42,135 nucleotides of DNA from positions 1-42,135 of the forward strand of contig JBHLJY010000023.1 of NCBI GenBank assembly GCA_048887225.1. Reading direction: 5' to 3'. The DNA is from Candidatus Hodarchaeota archaeon. GTDB lineage: Archaea; Asgardarchaeota; Lokiarchaeia; Sigyniarchaeales; SOKP01. Under the pieces are notes generated by a model. The model did no database searches. It was given only the letters and a program-made list of their open reading frames with translations, and was not told the origin of the DNA. The stretch's first letter is position 1; each line of letters starts with the position of its first letter. Shown piece by piece: positions 37,471 through 42,135 of the stretch. The translations under genes were made by a program, and so were the position numbers.

Positions 37471-38244
37471 TTAACTTGAAATTTTGTTAGCAACAATTTC
37501 AACGATTTTTGGCATAACTTCGCCGATTTTTTCGTGAATGACTACTTCTGAATATGGATCAATCTCAGTTTCTTGAATATTAATTATCGCAATTTTTGCT
37601 CCTCTAGATAACGCCTTATGTGGATAAAATGCTACTGGGTAGACAATTAAACTACTTCCAAGTATAATTAATAAATCACATTCAGCAATCATCTTATCTG
37701 CTGCAGCTAATACTTCTGATTCTAATGGTTCTCCAAAAAAGATTGCGTTCGGCTTTAACAAACCATTACAAGCTTCACAGTAAGGCGATGTTCTTTCTTT
37801 TAAGAATTGATTTATCATGGTTGTTATTGGATAAATTTTCTTGCATCTTAGACATTTCGCCTCGTTGACAGTTCCATGGAATTCCACTATGTTTTTTGTG
37901 TGGGCTTTTTGGTGGAGTCCATCTATATTTTGGGTAAGAACTCCTACTAATTTTCCAAGTTTTTGTAATTTTGTTAAAGATTTATGCCCTTTGTTTGGCT
38001 TCGCTCTAAATATATTTATTCCCATTTCAAGCATAAAATTTAGATTCTTACTAGTATTTGAAATATAAGAATGAATTGAAGCAAATTCATTTGGATCAAC
38101 TTTTGTCCATAATCCTGTACCTGGGCTTCGAAAATCAGCTATTCCAGATTCTGTGGACATCCCTGCACCAGTTAAAGCCACAACGTTATTTGATTCAATA
38201 ATAAGGTTTGCAAAATCAGAAATTTTTTTTTCAATGCCTTCCAT
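37471..38244 (-). CDS. cobB: Sir2/CobB NAD-dependent protein deacylase
   Basis: GAGMSTESGI.DFRS, TQNIDGLH, HG, CxxC..CxxC and GSSL.V.P. Confidence 0.95.
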   Translation of the reverse strand: MEGIEKKISDFANLIIESNNVVALTGAGMSTESGIADFRSPGTGLWTKVDPNEFASIHSYISNTSKNLNFMLEMGINIFRAKPNKGHKSLTKLQKLGKLVGVLTQNIDGLHQKAHTKNIVEFHGTVNEAKCLRCKKIYPITTMINQFLKERTSPYCEACNGLLKPNAIFFGEPLESEVLAAADKMIAECDLLIILGSSLIVYPVAFYPHKALSRGAKIAIINIQETEIDPYSEVVIHEKIGEVMPKIVEIVANKISS

Positions 38245-38371
38245 AATAAATTACACTTATAATATGATTTACACAGAAAAAATTAATTGCTATATTTTTT
38301 ATTTATTGGATATAATATAATATTATAATTAAAATATTAGAGAAATAAAAAAAAATTAGAAGGCTGCGTCT

Positions 38372-38920
38372 TTGTCCGCTACTAGAAGTTATATATTTAA
38401 AATTTGTGTCGTAGGAGACGGAGGCGTTGGGAAGACCAGTATGGTATTACGCTACACCGAGAACTTATTTAAAGAAAATTACTTAATGACAATAGGAAGT
38501 AACTTCTCTACTAAGTCAGAAAAACTTCCAGAATATCCGCATCTTGACATTAAATTACAAATATGGGATTTAGCAGGACAAAAACATTTCAGCTTTGTTC
38601 GTCCCCCCTTTTATCGAGGTGCTTCGGGCATAATTTATGTGTTTGATTTGACTAGAAGGAGGTCCTTCGCGAATCTACCAAATTGGAAAACTGAAGTGGA
38701 AAAAGTTGTAGGTGATAAAACAAGTATTTTAGTTGGGAACAAATTAGATTTAGCAAATCAAGAAGGATATAGAGAAATAGGACAGCAAGATGGGGAATCC
38801 TTAAAAAATGAATTAAACACAACATCTTATTACGAGACAAGCGCAAAAGACGGCACATTGATTAATGATGTTTTTAAGAATATTGTATTAGAAATCTTAA
38901 AAGCATCTAATAAAATCTAA
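38372..38920 (+). CDS. Rab-like small GTPase (eukaryotic signature protein)
   Basis: G1 GDGGVGKT, G2 TIG, G3 WDLAGQ, FYRGA, G4 NKLD and G5 ETSAK. No C-terminal Cys. Confidence 0.93.
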   Translation: MSATRSYIFKICVVGDGGVGKTSMVLRYTENLFKENYLMTIGSNFSTKSEKLPEYPHLDIKLQIWDLAGQKHFSFVRPPFYRGASGIIYVFDLTRRRSFANLPNWKTEVEKVVGDKTSILVGNKLDLANQEGYREIGQQDGESLKNELNTTSYYETSAKDGTLINDVFKNIVLEILKASNKI

Positions 38921-38993
38921 TTTATTAAAATCATTAAATTAAAATTCAGTACTATATTTCAGAATATAATATAATATAATCATTAAGTAAAGT

Positions 38994-39728
38994 TTGAATT
39001 CTATGTTTGGCGGAGGTCAAATAAAATACGATAGAGCTTTAACTGTTTTTAGTCCAGAAGGACGGTTATATCAAGTAGAATATGCTCTAGAAGCCGTGAG
39101 GCGTGGTACCCTTGCGGTTGCCATAAAATCTAATGAAGATATATGTTTAGCTGCTCTAATTAAAATTCCTTCTAATTTAATGGATGCAGATTCAATTGAT
39201 AAAATATTTCAAGTTGATGACCATATAGGCGTCGCAATCTCAGGTTTACATGCTGATAGTCGAGTGTTAATTAACTACGCTCGAGTTCAGGCTCAGAGCT
39301 TCAGATTGACATATGATGAGCCAGTTCACCTTAATATGCTTGTTAAGACAATAGCGGACTTAAAACAAATATATACTCAATATGGTGGTATTAGACCATT
39401 CGGATGTTCGTTATTCTTTATAGCGATAGACAGCACCGGGCCACAAATTTACACCACATCTCCTAGCGGTATATATCGAACCTATAAAGCCTTTGCGTTA
39501 GGGAGTGGAGAAGCTACAGCAAGAGAATACATAGAAAAGAATTATAAAGAGAATATGAATTTTAAAGAAGTAATAGATTTGGCTCTAAAAGCCATAAAAG
39601 AATCAATTGACGAAGAAATGACTAAGGAAAACATACGATTGGCATATATTAGAACGTCTGAGGGTAATAAGTTTAAAATTTGTTCAAAAGATGAAGTAAA
39701 CAAGTTTTTAACGGAATTAGAATCATAA
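38994..39728 (+). CDS. psmA: 20S proteasome alpha subunit (start probably ATG 39003)
   Basis: YDRALTVFSPEGRLYQVEYA, KIFQVDDHIG, SGL.AD and TQYGG.RPFG. Confidence 0.95.
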   Translation: MNSMFGGGQIKYDRALTVFSPEGRLYQVEYALEAVRRGTLAVAIKSNEDICLAALIKIPSNLMDADSIDKIFQVDDHIGVAISGLHADSRVLINYARVQAQSFRLTYDEPVHLNMLVKTIADLKQIYTQYGGIRPFGCSLFFIAIDSTGPQIYTTSPSGIYRTYKAFALGSGEATAREYIEKNYKENMNFKEVIDLALKAIKESIDEEMTKENIRLAYIRTSEGNKFKICSKDEVNKFLTELES

Positions 39729-39831
39729 TTATTTTTTAGAATTTTAAGGAAGCATATTTAGAAAGATTTATTTAACTCTAATAAGATTAATTTTTCAAAT
39801 AATTAATTTAAAATAACTTAACAAAGAAAAA

Positions 39832-40227
39832 ATGGGAAAAAAAAAGAAAATTCGAGAAGATTTTGAAGCAATTTTTAAAACCGGTAATGAACAAGCCATA
39901 AAAGAATATTTAGAAGAATATCCTTGGCTCCTTGACGAAGTTTCGAGTGAAATGAATGAGACAATGTTAGAGCAACACCAAATTATAGCAGCTATAGGTG
40001 TTATGGAAGATGAATTTGGCGGAGCTGTTTCTATTAATGAAATAATTCGGAGTCTTAAAGAAGATTTAAATATTCGTAAAATGGAAGGAGATATTCAAAG
40101 AATATTAAGGGATGCAGAAAATTTGCGATTAATAGAAAAAGAATCTAATGGGTGGGTTCTAACTAGCGAAGGTGGAAGAATTTGTGATGTGTATCTAAAT
40201 AAAAATCTTGAAGATTTGGAACTATAA
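39832..40227 (+). CDS. Hypothetical protein with a C-terminal winged-helix-like region
   Basis: L..AE.L.LIE...GW.LTSEG wing pattern. BRE/TATA-like GAAAGATTTATTTAA upstream. Confidence 0.7.
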   Translation: MGKKKKIREDFEAIFKTGNEQAIKEYLEEYPWLLDEVSSEMNETMLEQHQIIAAIGVMEDEFGGAVSINEIIRSLKEDLNIRKMEGDIQRILRDAENLRLIEKESNGWVLTSEGGRICDVYLNKNLEDLEL

Positions 40228-40377
40228 TTTTATTTTTCAACCTCTTTAATGAAATGATTTTATTTTTATTAATAATGTTTTTTATAGCATCAATGAATTG
40301 TTATACTTAAATTAGTGAGATATCATTATAATTTTAGAGTGCTTTTATTTATCTCAAAAAATATTTGATATTAGTGT

Positions 40378-42135
40378 ATGAACGAGAATAACAATAAAAA
40401 AGAAGAGAATGTTCTTGAAGATCTAATTAAAATGGAAGACGAAGTTATTAATGAAGCTCTCGATTTAGTCGAGGAAGCACTATCCCTAGTTGATTCAAGG
40501 CAATATAATGAGGGAATCCATTATTTGCGTCAGGCACTTGGATTATATCGGCAAATTGGTAGGACTAATGAAATAAGTGCTATTAGACATAAAATTTCAG
40601 AGATTTATATCTTAAAAGAACAACAAATTGAAGAGAATGAAATAGATATTGCTTTAGAGGTTAGCGAAGTCAAGGATATCGAAAAGCTCCAAATACAAAA
40701 AGAATTTGCTGAAATTTTAACTCGTTCACCAGAAGAATTGATTGAAGAAGCTGAGAAAATAATAGATATAAGGGAATTTGATAAAGCACTTGAATTGTAT
40801 GATGTGGCGATTAAAAAATATCGAGAAATGAACAATAAATCTGAAATTGAAAGAGTATACGATTTAATCGATCAATGTTACGACGCAAAAGCTAAATTCC
40901 TTATAAGACCTGAAAAAGAAGTGTCTAAAGAAGCAATAAAAACCGAAGCCATTAAAGGAACACAAGAGCCATTAAGCGCTGTGATTGAAAAAAAAGATAA
41001 ATTAAAATTATACGAAGAGATGAAGGAAAAAGAAACAAAAATTTCTAATCAAGCTTATGAAATATTGGAAAAAGCTTCAGAGTTGATGAAGATTTTAGAT
41101 TTTGATAAAGCTTCAGAATTATATAATGAAGCATTAGAATTATTCAAAGAGATTAATTGGAGGCATGAAATTCAGAAAATTCAAGAAACCCTTGCAGAAT
41201 TAAAAAAGGAAAAAGAAAATTTATTGAAAAAATTAGAATTAAAGAAAAGGGAGAAGAAAGAAATAGAATTAAAAGCTGCAAAGGCAATACAAATCGATGA
41301 GAAGGCTAAAAAAATAAAAGCACAAAAAGAGAGGGAAAGATTCGAAAGATTATCTGAATTAGAAAAGAAAAAAAAAGAAGAAGAGGAATTTCATAAGCAA
41401 ATTACCGAATTAGTGGATGAAGCTGAAGGTTTGAACCTCATTTACGAACAAGAGAAAAAGAAAGCAATAAAAGAGAAAACACTTCTTGAATTAGAGTCTC
41501 CATTTAATAAAATAATTGAAATTTATGAAAAAATAAGAAGTATGCTTCTTGAGAGAAAATGGACAGAACAAACTCGAATTTATTCTGATCAAATAAAATT
41601 GTATTATGAAAAATTAGAAAAAGATAAAAAATTACGAGAGGTCGAAGCTCGAAAAAGAGAAAGAGATATGGAATATATAGAATCTCTAAAAATTGAAAAA
41701 GAAGATGAAATTAAAGGTGAAAAATTAAAAGCAACCGAGGAGAAAATCAGAAAAGAAGTTGATGATGAGATTCTTAAAAAACAAATTTCTGATTTGGTTG
41801 ATAAAGCCGAAAAGATGGCGAGAGAATATGACATAGAAATTAAGAAGGCTGTTAAAAAAGGGCAATTAGGCATTGAATCTAGATATCCGGCTATAATTGC
41901 AATTTACGAAAATGTTCGTGATAGACTCTTAGAAAGGGGTTGGAACAACCAAGCTGAGATATATATAAGACAAATTAAAATATATCAAGATAAATTAGAA
42001 AAGGATAAAAAATTGCGAGAAATTGAGGACCAAAAAGTTCAGAAGCAGAAAGAATATGAGGAACATCTTAAGGTTAAGAAAAGAGAAGCAGCTCTAATTG
42101 CTAACTTGTATAAATCAAAATTAGATAAAGAGAAA
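40378..42135 (+). CDS. Large TPR-like/coiled-coil repeat protein, truncated by the window end (missing from the ORF track)
   Basis: Open frame from ATG 40378 to the window end. TPR-like units (A...L....Y.EA...Y....W) alternate with E/K-rich coils, and there is a 127-codon internal repeat. Confidence 0.85.
   Translation, partial: MNENNNKKEENVLEDLIKMEDEVINEALDLVEEALSLVDSRQYNEGIHYLRQALGLYRQIGRTNEISAIRHKISEIYILKEQQIEENEIDIALEVSEVKDIEKLQIQKEFAEILTRSPEELIEEAEKIIDIREFDKALELYDVAIKKYREMNNKSEIERVYDLIDQCYDAKAKFLIRPEKEVSKEAIKTEAIKGTQEPLSAVIEKKDKLKLYEEMKEKETKISNQAYEILEKASELMKILDFDKASELYNEALELFKEINWRHEIQKIQETLAELKKEKENLLKKLELKKREKKEIELKAAKAIQIDEKAKKIKAQKERERFERLSELEKKKKEEEEFHKQITELVDEAEGLNLIYEQEKKKAIKEKTLLELESPFNKIIEIYEKIRSMLLERKWTEQTRIYSDQIKLYYEKLEKDKKLREVEARKRERDMEYIESLKIEKEDEIKGEKLKATEEKIRKEVDDEILKKQISDLVDKAEKMAREYDIEIKKAVKKGQLGIESRYPAIIAIYENVRDRLLERGWNNQAEIYIRQIKIYQDKLEKDKKLREIEDQKVQKQKEYEEHLKVKKREAALIANLYKSKLDKEK

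Noticed and set aside
6514-41873. Other short overlapping ORFs in the track (e.g. 6514, 7567, 8050, 8406, 11452, 11916, 14930, 18166, 19928, 21108-22291, 23036, 24184, 24624, 25736-27169, 29898, 32557, 34502, 37841, 38652, 40605, 41604)
   Set aside because: They overlap better-supported genes on the opposite strand or in another frame, and their composition is typical of shadow ORFs.

Overview
AT-rich archaeal chromosomal segment, most consistent with an Asgard archaeon (Lokiarchaeia-like). The evidence is two stand-alone Rab-like small GTPases, a crenarchaeal-type PolB1, a 20S proteasome alpha subunit and GGTGA-type ribosome-binding sites. It holds about 38 mostly metabolic or housekeeping CDSs: PolB1, TldD/TldE, a PiT operon, DapL, GH4, GuaA-B, a LutAB-like pair, a four-subunit 2-oxoacid:ferredoxin oxidoreductase with an FrhB-PyrK fusion, an acyl-CoA ligase, Sir2 and PsmA. 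It also has one tRNA-Thr(UGU) with a non-canonically placed intron. I saw no CRISPR array, rRNA or intact transposase. The strongest unannotated signal concerns the PolB2 'mutasome' genes. The small accessory gene plus polB2 (20.7-23.4 kb) and a Walker-A-dead RadA paralog (32.9-33.7 kb) are 10 kb apart, yet their promoters align without gaps in three blocks, including an 18-bp operator-like box (15/18 identical) 11 bp upstream of TATA. This points to a candidate Asgard DNA-damage (SOS-like) regulon. All calls come from motif recognition by eye; no database searches were run.
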